Assembly (NCBI GenBank): GCA_033812595.1 | Contig: JAPXTJ010000001.1 | Location: 13,306-77,305, forward strand | Direction: 5' to 3' | DNA: 64,000 nt | Origin: Thermomicrobiales bacterium | GTDB taxonomy: Bacteria; Chloroflexota; Chloroflexia; Thermomicrobiales; UBA6265 | In this document: positions 34,984 to 43,373 of the stretch, piece after piece | Layout of the letters: each line of letters begins with the position of its first letter | Position numbering within the stretch: the stretch's first letter is position 1 | Translations under genes and position numbers: made by a program | Notes under the pieces: generated by a model | What the model was told of the DNA's origin: nothing | Databases searched by the model: none | What the model saw: the letters and a program-made list of their open reading frames with translations, nothing else

Positions 34984-36540
34984 GTGGAATTCGATCTCAT
35001 CATTCGCAACGGCACCGTGGTCGATGGCAGCGGCGCGGCGCGCAAACGGGCCGATGTCGGCATCACCGGCGACCGGATCGTCGCGATCGACGATCTCTCC
35101 GCCGCCACCGCCGGGGAGTCAATTGACGCTACCGATCGCATCGTGTCGCCCGGCTTCATCGATGTGCACATCCACTCGGAAGTCAATCTGCTCGATCCGT
35201 CCAATCCACGCCGCCACGGCGCTCTGCTGCAAGGGGTGACGACGCATCTGGCCGGACCCGACGGCTTCGGCTGGGCACGCCTGAAGCCCGATCTCGCCAG
35301 GGACCTCTATCAAGCGGAAATCTTCGCCTACGGCGAGGTGCCGCTCGATTTCGATTGGCCGACGGCAAATGACTATCTGTCGCTCTTTCCGGGCAATTCG
35401 CCCGCCAATGTCATGCCGCAGATTCCGCACTGCGCCATCCGGCTCGAAGTGATGGGCTGGGAGCACCGCCACGCCACCGACGCCGAAATCGAACAGATGA
35501 AGGTGGGTGTGCGGGACTGGCTGGACGCCGGCGCCAGCTGCCTGTGCCTCGGGCTCGACTACGCCCCGAGCGCTTCGAGCGATACCCGCGAACTGATCGA
35601 GCTTTCGAAGCTGGTCGCGGAATACGGCGGCATCTACGCCACCCACCAGCGTTATAACGACCTCGGTGGCGAAGCAGCCTGGCTCGAAACGATCGAAATC
35701 GGCCGCAAGGCGGGCATTCCGGTGCACGTCTCCCACGCCGGTGTCGATGAGATGACCGGACGGATCATGCGGGAACTGGACGACGCGGTCGATCTCACCT
35801 TCGAGTCGTACCTCTACCCTGCCGGTTGCACCGATCTCACGCTGATGCTCCCGATCTGGGCGTCGGCCGGTGGCCCGGAGTCGATCCTCGAACGCGCCAA
35901 TCAGCCGGAACTGCGCGCACAGATGGTCGATCACCTGCAGGACAAGCTGAAGACGAACAAGGGAACGGCCCGGATCGTCTTTGCTGACAACCCCGGCAAA
36001 CGCTACATCGGCGAGGAGATCGGCGATGTGGCGGAGCGGCTCGGCCTCGAACCGGGCGAGTTCGCCATGCGCATGATCGTGGACGAGTCGCCCTACTGCC
36101 TGATGGTTTACCTGCGTGGCTGGGACGACGCCACAACGGAGAAGATGATCCGCGAAACCGTGCAACACCCGCTGATGATGGTCGCAAGCGACGGTATCTA
36201 TCACGGCGCATCGAGCCACCCGCGCGGCGCCGGCTGCTTCGCCCGGGTACTGCGCCTGGCGGTGCGCGAAATGCAGGCGGTGACGTTGGAAGAAGCAGTG
36301 CGCAAGATGACCAGCTTCCCGGCCGAGCGGTTCCGGATTGGCGATCGCGGCCTGCTCAGGGCCGGGTACGGCGCCGATGTGGTGATCTTCGACGAAGCGA
36401 CCGTCGCTGACCGCTCGACCTGGACCGAGCCCTTCCTGGAGCCGGTCGGGATCGACCGGGTGATCGTGAACGGTCGGACCGTCATCCTCGATGGCACGCC
36501 CACCAGCGAAACTCCGGGCCAGATCGTCCGCCGCGCCTGA
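34984..36540 (+). CDS. N-acyl-D-amino-acid deacylase (D-aminoacylase) family amidohydrolase
   Basis: GTG 34984. FDLIIRNGTVVDGSGAARKRADVGITGDRIVAIDD ... SPGFIDVHIHSE ... C-terminal DRGLLRAGYGADVVIFD. Confidence 0.85.
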   Translation: MEFDLIIRNGTVVDGSGAARKRADVGITGDRIVAIDDLSAATAGESIDATDRIVSPGFIDVHIHSEVNLLDPSNPRRHGALLQGVTTHLAGPDGFGWARLKPDLARDLYQAEIFAYGEVPLDFDWPTANDYLSLFPGNSPANVMPQIPHCAIRLEVMGWEHRHATDAEIEQMKVGVRDWLDAGASCLCLGLDYAPSASSDTRELIELSKLVAEYGGIYATHQRYNDLGGEAAWLETIEIGRKAGIPVHVSHAGVDEMTGRIMRELDDAVDLTFESYLYPAGCTDLTLMLPIWASAGGPESILERANQPELRAQMVDHLQDKLKTNKGTARIVFADNPGKRYIGEEIGDVAERLGLEPGEFAMRMIVDESPYCLMVYLRGWDDATTEKMIRETVQHPLMMVASDGIYHGASSHPRGAGCFARVLRLAVREMQAVTLEEAVRKMTSFPAERFRIGDRGLLRAGYGADVVIFDEATVADRSTWTEPFLEPVGIDRVIVNGRTVILDGTPTSETPGQIVRRA

Positions 36541-36550
36541 TTCGGTGAAT

Positions 36551-36598
36551 AGCGAGACCGGGCGGAGAAACGTTTCTCCGCCCGGTCTCGCTGTTTTC
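36551..36598 (+). terminator. Rho-independent terminator after the D-aminoacylase gene
   Basis: 42-nt perfect palindrome agcgagaccgggcggagaaacgtttctccgcccggtctcgct followed by GTTTTC. Confidence 0.85.
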
Positions 36599-36612
36599 GG
36601 CCTGGATGGATG

Positions 36613-37293
36613 TCACTCCTCGACTTCGATGGAGCCGGACATGCCCGGGTGCGGTCCGCAAACGAAGAGGAACTCGCCCACTGCATCGAACGTCACCTCG
36701 AACGATTCACCCGGTTCGAGGATGCCGGAGTCATCGATCGCGCTGTCAGCGAACGCCACCTCGTGCTTGATCCCATCCATATTCGTGAAACGCACCGTAC
36801 TGCCGGTCGTCACGGTGGTGAGCGGCGGATCGAAGGTCCCACTGATGATGTTGACCTCAACAACAGCATCCACGTCAGAGCCTTTGCTCACCGTTTCAGC
36901 GTCCAGATCGGCCTTGTTGGTATGAACGTACACTGTCGGAAACGCAGCACCAATGCCGAAACTGGCGATATCGCCGCGAATTTTCCACCGACCTGGCGCA
37001 TCGAATGTGATCTCGGCTTGATACGTTCCCGTCTCTACGGTCGCGACGGCCTCGACCTCAATCGTCTTCGCGGATTCAGCGTGGGTTGCTGTCACCGTTA
37101 CTCCCTCGTAGTCAGCCGGCGTCAGGCCGTGCTGAAGTATCATGATGTTGAGCTCAACAACATCACCCACGATGACGTTTTCAACTGGCTCCGCCAGTTC
37201 GATCGTCGCCCAGCCGCCGGCATGGACCGGCGCGACCATCGGACCGAGAACGCAAAGTGCCGCCAGCGCCGCGATGAGCTTTCGTCTGTTCAT
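36613..37293 (-). CDS. Secreted cupredoxin-domain protein (plastocyanin/amicyanin-like C-terminal domain)
   Basis: Signal peptide MNRRKLIAALAALCVLGPMVAPVHA. C-terminal STVRFTNMDGIKHEV ... FVCGPHPGMSGSIEV gives His / Cys-x-x-His-x-x-Met type-1 copper ligands. GAGGAGG RBS. Confidence 0.8.
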   Translation of the reverse strand: MNRRKLIAALAALCVLGPMVAPVHAGGWATIELAEPVENVIVGDVVELNIMILQHGLTPADYEGVTVTATHAESAKTIEVEAVATVETGTYQAEITFDAPGRWKIRGDIASFGIGAAFPTVYVHTNKADLDAETVSKGSDVDAVVEVNIISGTFDPPLTTVTTGSTVRFTNMDGIKHEVAFADSAIDDSGILEPGESFEVTFDAVGEFLFVCGPHPGMSGSIEVEE

Positions 37294-37364
37294 GATGGAT
37301 ACCTCCTCGTTGGCTGTGCGTGATTACCGGGAGTACTCACCATTCGGTACACCGAACGATGGCA

Positions 37365-38159
37365 TCAGGTTCCCGATTCCGGCAGCGGGATCAGCGAGTC
37401 CGCAATCGCCAGGGTCCGCTCCAGCGACAGGTTCGACTCGATCCGGTAGGTGATGCCGTCTACATGCCAGCTGAGGACGTTCGCTGCCAACCGCTGGCCT
37501 TCATCGCCGCCGGTCAGCGTGATCAGCTGGTGGGTGCCCGCGATCCAGAGCGCCTCGACACCGTTGACGCGGGTGACGTGCACCGTTCCGCCACCGGCGA
37601 GGCGCTTGCCCATCCAAACGTCGTCCGGAGTTGAGGGAAGCTGGGTCAGCAGCAGCCCGACGTCACTCTCCCCGATCGCGGGCAACGCCTCATCCGCCAG
37701 ATAGATCATCGAGACGACATTGGCGCCGCCCTCATCGGAATAGTGAACCTCGTCCGGCGGGCCGGGATCAGCGGGAACCATGAGCGGGTAGGGCGCGCGC
37801 TCGGCGGCGTCAAGAAGGCCCAAAGCGATACCCAGTTGGTCGCGAAGTGCCACCAGGTTTGTGACCGTCGGCTCATGAGAGTCGTTGAGCATGCGGATGC
37901 CCGGAATCTCAAGCCAGCGCCCAACCGCGTCACGGGTGGACGAGGAAACGCCGAGAACCATGGCGAGGAACAGCACAGCCGCGACCGAGGCGAATGCGAC
38001 AGGTCGCCACGGGAACGCCGGCGCCGGCTTCGGCGCGGAGTCGATCAACCGACGAGTCGACGCCACGAGATCGGGCATTGCGGGATAGGCGATCACTTCA
38101 CCCGCTTCCCGCAGGCGCATCTCCAATCCTCGGTCAGTTTCTGCCGTTCCGTCGCTCAT
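37365..38159 (-). CDS. Anti-sigma-factor-like membrane protein with DUF4367-like extracytoplasmic domain
   Basis: ATGA overlap with the sigma gene. One TM (VAFASVAAVLFLAMVLGV). C-terminal ...VLSWHVDGITYRIESNLSLERTLAIADSL. Confidence 0.65.
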   Translation of the reverse strand: MSDGTAETDRGLEMRLREAGEVIAYPAMPDLVASTRRLIDSAPKPAPAFPWRPVAFASVAAVLFLAMVLGVSSSTRDAVGRWLEIPGIRMLNDSHEPTVTNLVALRDQLGIALGLLDAAERAPYPLMVPADPGPPDEVHYSDEGGANVVSMIYLADEALPAIGESDVGLLLTQLPSTPDDVWMGKRLAGGGTVHVTRVNGVEALWIAGTHQLITLTGGDEGQRLAANVLSWHVDGITYRIESNLSLERTLAIADSLIPLPESGT

Positions 38160-38746
38160 CGGGTATCTGCTTCCTGCCTCGGTTCGAGCGCATCGCGTAA
38201 CCGGGCGAGCGCCCGCGAAAGGCGCGATTTCACCGTGCCCCGCGCCACTCCGAGTACAATCGCCATTTCGGCCTCATTCAGGTCGAGGAAATAGCGGAGT
38301 TCCAGTGCGATGCGATCCCGTTCCGGTAATTCGGCCAACGCCGCCAACAATTCCGCCTGCGCCTCGCTTCGCTCGATCTGAATCGCCGGCACGGCCTCCG
38401 GATCGACCGCTAGTTCGAGTAATTCAGGACCGAGCGCCGATTCTGGACGCCGACGGCGCGATCGGCCGAGATTCCGGGCTTCGTTGGCGACGATCGTCAG
38501 CAACCAGGGTCGAAATGCCCCCTCACCCGTGATGGGCGCTTTCCGGCGGCTCAGCGCCTGAAGACCCCGCTGCCGATCGAAACGCCCGAGATTTCGCCAC
38601 GCTTTGACGAACGCTTCCTGCGCGACCTCTTCGGCATCGGCGGCGTTGCGGGTGATCAGCCAGGCAGTTCGGAACGCAACGGTCTGATAGCGACGCACGA
38701 GTACCTCGAACGCCGCGCTCTCGCCCAGGCGGGCAACTTCAACCAA
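38156..38746 (-). CDS. ECF-subfamily RNA polymerase sigma factor
   Basis: Region 2: AFEVLVRRYQTVAFRTAWLITRNAADAEEVAQEAFVKAW. Region 4: RIALELRYFLDLNEAEMAIVLGVARGTVKSRLSRA. The track start is TTG 38746. An in-frame CTG at 38770 sits 5 nt after GGGGGAGG and would add LDEWDDSA. Confidence 0.85.
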   Translation of the reverse strand: MVEVARLGESAAFEVLVRRYQTVAFRTAWLITRNAADAEEVAQEAFVKAWRNLGRFDRQRGLQALSRRKAPITGEGAFRPWLLTIVANEARNLGRSRRRRPESALGPELLELAVDPEAVPAIQIERSEAQAELLAALAELPERDRIALELRYFLDLNEAEMAIVLGVARGTVKSRLSRALARLRDALEPRQEADTR

Positions 38747-39063
38747 TGCCGAATCGTCCCACTCGTCCAGCGCAACCTCCCCCGGTCACCACTGATGATA
38801 GGTACACCACCAAACGCCCGCTGGTTCCCAAATATCGAATCCAGACCCACGATACTCTCGCCAAAAGCCGCTCCCGTGTACGGGAGGGTCTTATGCCCTC
38901 CCGCCGGCCGTCGGGCCGGCCGCCTCGTTGCGTTTCAGGGCGGTTCCATCGGAAACACAGATGTCGCGACAAGAGACGGACGCATGCGGGCGACCGCGGG
39001 ATGGCACAAAACACTCCCCTGCGGCCGGTTGGTTTGGGATTCGGTGGAAGTTCGAGACAGAAC

Positions 39064-40203
39064 CTACAGGCGGTGGAGGAGGGCGGCGAGGAGTTCGGAG
39101 CGGGTGATAAGGGAGTCGATTTCGATCTTCTCGTTCCGGGCGTGGGCGCCTTCGCCGAGCGCACCGAGGCCATCCAGCGTCGGCACGCCGAGGGCGCTGG
39201 TGAGATTGGCATCGCTGGCGCCGCCGACCCGGCCGTGCTTCAGCGTTTGGCCGAGTTCCTCCGCGATCGCGGTCGCCTGATCGAGCAGCGCAGCCGACGC
39301 CGGGGTGAGTTCCATCGGCGGACGGTGAAAGCTCCCCTCGATTTCAATGCTCGCTTCCGGATGTTGCGGAGAGATCGCGCGCAATGCCGATTCGACGCGG
39401 TCCGCTTCGGCGATCGTCCAGGCTCGGACATCGAGCTCACACTCGGCAAACGCCGCCACCGTGTTCCGGCTGGTGCCTCCGGAGATCAGCCCCGGGTTGA
39501 CCGTCGTTTCCAACGTCTTGTCACCAAGATCGGCGATCGCCGGCAGGTGTCGCGCCAGTTCGACGATCGCGTTCACACCCTTTTCCGGCTCGAGACCGGC
39601 GTGCGCCGCCCGCCCGTGCGCCCGGACAACGAAGCGTCCAACTCCCTTGCGGGCCGATTTCAGCGCGCCGCCCGCCAACGGCGGTTCGAGCACCAACACG
39701 TGATTGCTCGCCAGCGCTTCCGCCTCGATCGCGCGCCGCGACTCCGGACTGCCGACTTCCTCGTCCGAGGTGATCATCACCGTCACGGGTCGTTTCGGCG
39801 TCAGGCCCGTCCTTGAGAGCGCCAGCAGCGCTTCCTCGACGATCACCAGGCTCGCTTTCATGTCGTACGCGCCCGGTCCGGCCAGGTGGGTGTCATCGAC
39901 CGTTACCGGCCGCGCCGCCAGCGTGCCGACCGGCCAAACCGTGTCGTAGTGCAGGAGCACCAGCACCGGTTTCTCCGCTGGATCGGCAACTTCGGTCCAG
40001 CGCGCGGTGACGACATCGCCGAACGGGGGCAGGGGAGTGCGAGTCACCGCCGCACCGTACCCGGCCAGTCGCTCTTCCAGCAGCCCGGCGAGGGCGTTGC
40101 CGAGTTCGCGATCCCGGCTCGGCGTTTCGAGTTCGATGTAGCGCCGCAGGGCATCGACCATCCGCCCGCGCCGCGATTCCAGGTGAGCTCGCAACGATTG
40201 CAT
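39064..40203 (-). CDS. M20-family metallopeptidase/deacylase (carboxypeptidase G2-like)
   Basis: LLHYDTVWP, GAYDMKAS, TSDEEVGSP and LEP...G. 379 aa. Starts 2 nt after the racemase stop. Confidence 0.85.
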   Translation of the reverse strand: MQSLRAHLESRRGRMVDALRRYIELETPSRDRELGNALAGLLEERLAGYGAAVTRTPLPPFGDVVTARWTEVADPAEKPVLVLLHYDTVWPVGTLAARPVTVDDTHLAGPGAYDMKASLVIVEEALLALSRTGLTPKRPVTVMITSDEEVGSPESRRAIEAEALASNHVLVLEPPLAGGALKSARKGVGRFVVRAHGRAAHAGLEPEKGVNAIVELARHLPAIADLGDKTLETTVNPGLISGGTSRNTVAAFAECELDVRAWTIAEADRVESALRAISPQHPEASIEIEGSFHRPPMELTPASAALLDQATAIAEELGQTLKHGRVGGASDANLTSALGVPTLDGLGALGEGAHARNEKIEIDSLITRSELLAALLHRL

Positions 40204-40205
40204 GA

Positions 40206-41318
40206 CTATCGTTCCGCGGTCAACGCGGCGAAGCGCTCGGTCGCCGCCTCGATCCGGGCTTCGTTCGGAGTCCAGCCGAGACCCGGCGCGGTCGGCGCCG
40301 CGATCGCGCCGCTAGTCGCGCGAATCGGCGGATCGACGATGTCCTCGACGTAGTATTTGTCGGAGCCGCTGACATCGCCCGGGAATGAAAAGCCGGGCAG
40401 GGTGCAGAGGGCGACATTCGCCGCCCGGCCGACCCCCATCTCGTGCATGCCGCCGGCCCAAACCGGCACGCCCCGCTCGCGACAGACATCGTGCACCTTG
40501 ATCGCTTCGCTCAACCCGCCGACCCGGCTGACCTTGATGTTGATCACCCGGCCACTGCCGAGGTCGAGCGCCTTGCGTGCGTCCTCGGCGGTGATGATGC
40601 TCTCATCGAGGCAGATCGGCGTTTCGAGTTCTACCTGCAGGCGGGCGTGATCGATGATGTCGTCATGGGCGAGCGGTTGCTCAATCATCGTCAGGCCGAA
40701 CTGATCGAGTTCCTTCAAAACCGGAATGTCGCTCAGCCGGTAGGCGCTGTTGGCATCGGCCATCAACGCCAGATCGGGGTAGCGTTCGCGCACCTGCGCG
40801 ATTAGCGCCACGTCCTTACCCGGACCGATCTTCAGCTTCACCCGACGGTAGCCTTCACCGACGTACTGATCGATCTGATCGAACGTGCGCTGAATGTCAG
40901 CCTCGATGCCGAGGCTGACGCCGGAGAGTATCTCGTCCCGCGTCCCACCGAGCAGGGCGTGCAGTGGCTTGCCCTCCGCCTGGGCGAGCAGGTCCCACGC
41001 CACCATTTCGAGCCCAGCCTTGGCGAAGTTGTTGCGCTTCACCTTCGCATACGGCGCCTTGAACTCGGCGATCGTGGACCACTCCCGGCCGATCACCGCC
41101 GGCCCCAGAAAGCGCTCGAGCAGGTGCCAGCAGGTTTCGTACGTTTCCTCGCAGTAGAAGGGATCGGCCGGACTCGCCGCCTCACCCCAGCCGACAAGGC
41201 CATCCGCGTACGCCTTGATCAGGATGTGCGTCTGGGAGTTCTTCTGGCTCGAACTGGTCGCGAACGAGCGGATCATCGGCAGTTTTACGATGCGCAGGTC
41301 TATCCGCTCGATCTTCAC
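40206..41318 (-). CDS. Enolase-superfamily o-succinylbenzoate synthase / N-acyl(succinyl)amino acid racemase family
   Basis: KxK RRVKLKIG; metal ligands MADAN, IEQP and LDES; second base NIKVSRVGG. Confidence 0.88.
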   Translation of the reverse strand: MKIERIDLRIVKLPMIRSFATSSSQKNSQTHILIKAYADGLVGWGEAASPADPFYCEETYETCWHLLERFLGPAVIGREWSTIAEFKAPYAKVKRNNFAKAGLEMVAWDLLAQAEGKPLHALLGGTRDEILSGVSLGIEADIQRTFDQIDQYVGEGYRRVKLKIGPGKDVALIAQVRERYPDLALMADANSAYRLSDIPVLKELDQFGLTMIEQPLAHDDIIDHARLQVELETPICLDESIITAEDARKALDLGSGRVINIKVSRVGGLSEAIKVHDVCRERGVPVWAGGMHEMGVGRAANVALCTLPGFSFPGDVSGSDKYYVEDIVDPPIRATSGAIAAPTAPGLGWTPNEARIEAATERFAALTAER

Positions 41319-41336
41319 GCGTTGTCCCTCACCAGT

Positions 41337-42629
41337 TCAGGAGACCGCGGCCGGTCTCGCCCGCGTTCGTATCGCTTCGGCGGAGCGCGCCACGACATCG
41401 CCGGTCCGCTCCGCGACCAGGAAGGCCCGATCGCCAACCCGGGCCACCGAGGTGATCATATACCGATCCTCGGCGGCGCCGAGCAGCGCCAGCAGAATGC
41501 GGTCGGTCGTTTGCCGCCAGAACCAGGCCTGCTCGTAATCGAGGCTCTGGAGCGCGGTCCAGTCGTTCGGAATTTCGATCGCGCAGGCGGCGCCGTTGAG
41601 CGCGGCCGGGTCCTCGATCTGCTCAGAGCCGGCGCTGAGTCGCACGATGTCGGGACGCGCACCGAGATCGAGCAGGCGCTCCGATCGACTGCCGTTCACA
41701 ACGCGATCGCTGTCGATCAGCCAGGTCATGGAGAGCCGGGAGGCCGGCACCTGATTGAGTTCGTTCTGGAACGAGTACCAGTTCGGGTGAAATTCGAAGC
41801 AGACCGCCCCGAGCGACGCCACGTTGAGAATGGCGTTCGGCATCTGGAGGGGATCGACCGTCCAGCTGACGATATCGACATCCAGGCGTCGCGCCAGTTC
41901 CGCCTGGGCTCGTTTCAAGCGTGAGCCGACCCCCTGCCCCCGAATCTCGGGATCGGCGCCAAGCACCTGCGATTCGAGGCGAAGATCGGTCCGGAAGGCA
42001 TCGTGCCAGCCGTCAGGCAACCGGGAACCTTCGAAGCGGATGAAGCCGAACAGGAATCCGGCGACCTGTTCCTGCCAACGGGCGATCAACGAGGCGCCGG
42101 CGCCGAAACCGGTGGCGTGGATATCGCTGGGGTAGAGGAGATCGCTGCCGCTGCCCCAGATACGTCCCTGAAGTCGGCGCAATCGCTCCGCCTCAGCGAC
42201 ATTTGGCCGCCCGATTTCGACCTCACCCGGAATCATCGTGCAGCCCAGCATATCGAGCGGACCGCTCGGATCGAAAACGACGAAGTCGGCGGTTGGCATC
42301 AGCGCGCCGGCCAGAAGACCAGCGTCATGCTCACTGACAAGATCGCCGCCGGGCACCCGGTGCAGGCGCAGCGTGTAGACCTTCCGACCCGCATCGATGC
42401 CGCGTGGAAAGAGAAATCCGTAGCCGTTCACAGCCTGACCGTCGAAGTACTCGATCAGCCCGCCGCCGATTTCCGGGAAGGTCGATTTCAGGAAGTGAGG
42501 CGGGAAGAGGGCGGGGTTGTCCGGCGCGCCGAGGGCAGAGCGGATCGCATCGACCTCATCGGCCCAAAGCGTGGAATGCGTATCGTGCAATCGGGCCAGC
42601 GTCGCCATTCTCCACCCCACGGGCGGCAC
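41337..42629 (-). CDS. GNAT-superfamily acyltransferase-like protein (two-lobed, 430 aa)
   Basis: Acyl-CoA-binding-like segment LGADPEIRGQGVGSRLKRAQAELAR. First gene of the three-gene minus-strand cluster. Confidence 0.6.
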   Translation of the reverse strand: MPPVGWRMATLARLHDTHSTLWADEVDAIRSALGAPDNPALFPPHFLKSTFPEIGGGLIEYFDGQAVNGYGFLFPRGIDAGRKVYTLRLHRVPGGDLVSEHDAGLLAGALMPTADFVVFDPSGPLDMLGCTMIPGEVEIGRPNVAEAERLRRLQGRIWGSGSDLLYPSDIHATGFGAGASLIARWQEQVAGFLFGFIRFEGSRLPDGWHDAFRTDLRLESQVLGADPEIRGQGVGSRLKRAQAELARRLDVDIVSWTVDPLQMPNAILNVASLGAVCFEFHPNWYSFQNELNQVPASRLSMTWLIDSDRVVNGSRSERLLDLGARPDIVRLSAGSEQIEDPAALNGAACAIEIPNDWTALQSLDYEQAWFWRQTTDRILLALLGAAEDRYMITSVARVGDRAFLVAERTGDVVARSAEAIRTRARPAAVS

Positions 42630-42808
42630 CGGGTATGGATCGGCGCCACCAGCTGAAATCAGCGTTGGTGGCGATTATCCGGGAGGGCGATCCGGGTTTC
42701 GTGGGACGAAGGCGACCAATTTGTACTGGGAGCACAACGAATCTTGAATCGGTTCGTGGGTATACCCGAACGGACGGCGGTATCCGCCATTCCGGCGAGC
42801 GAATGCGT

Positions 42809-43189
42809 TTAACTCAAGCGGCGTTCCGCGAACGAAATGCAGTTGTTGTCCTGATCGAGGACCGAGAAATCACGCTCACCCCACGGCTGCTCGGCAAGCG
42901 GACCGTTCGGATGGACGACGCCGCTGCCCTGCATTTCAACGTAGAGGTCCTCGATATCCGAAACCACGATGCGGCACGAGGCCGAGCCAGCCAGAAAGGG
43001 TTCGGCGCCCGGTGTAAGAGGATCGTTTGCGGCCCAGAGATGGATGCGAACCTGATCGCGGATCAGGACCGCGAAGCCCGCGTCGGCGTGAACCAGCTCG
43101 AAGCCGAAACGCTTTTTGTAGAAGTCGGTCGCCGCGGCGATCTCCCGGACCGGCAACGCGGGAATAGAGCTTATGAGGGTCAAGTACAC
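42809..43189 (-). CDS. Bleomycin-resistance / glyoxalase (VOC) family protein
   Basis: IPALPVREIAAATDFYKKRFGFELVHADAGFAVLIRDQVRIHLW ... EQPWGERDFSVLDQDNNCISF. Start uncertain: GTG 43189 or TTG 43183 after GGAGGA. Confidence 0.75.
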   Translation of the reverse strand: MYLTLISSIPALPVREIAAATDFYKKRFGFELVHADAGFAVLIRDQVRIHLWAANDPLTPGAEPFLAGSASCRIVVSDIEDLYVEMQGSGVVHPNGPLAEQPWGERDFSVLDQDNNCISFAERRLS

Positions 43190-43373
43190 GATCCTCCGTG
43201 TTGGCGCTGAGCGTACAGCGCGCCGCCCAGAATCGCTTCTGTAAACACGATACACCACCCCGGCAAACCCGAATTCAGCGCCACGCTACCCTTTGGCCCC
43301 GTTCCGCGTTCCCTTTCTTAAGCGTCTCCCGGCTGGGAGGGCGCCGACGAATCACTGGGATCGGATCTCCACG

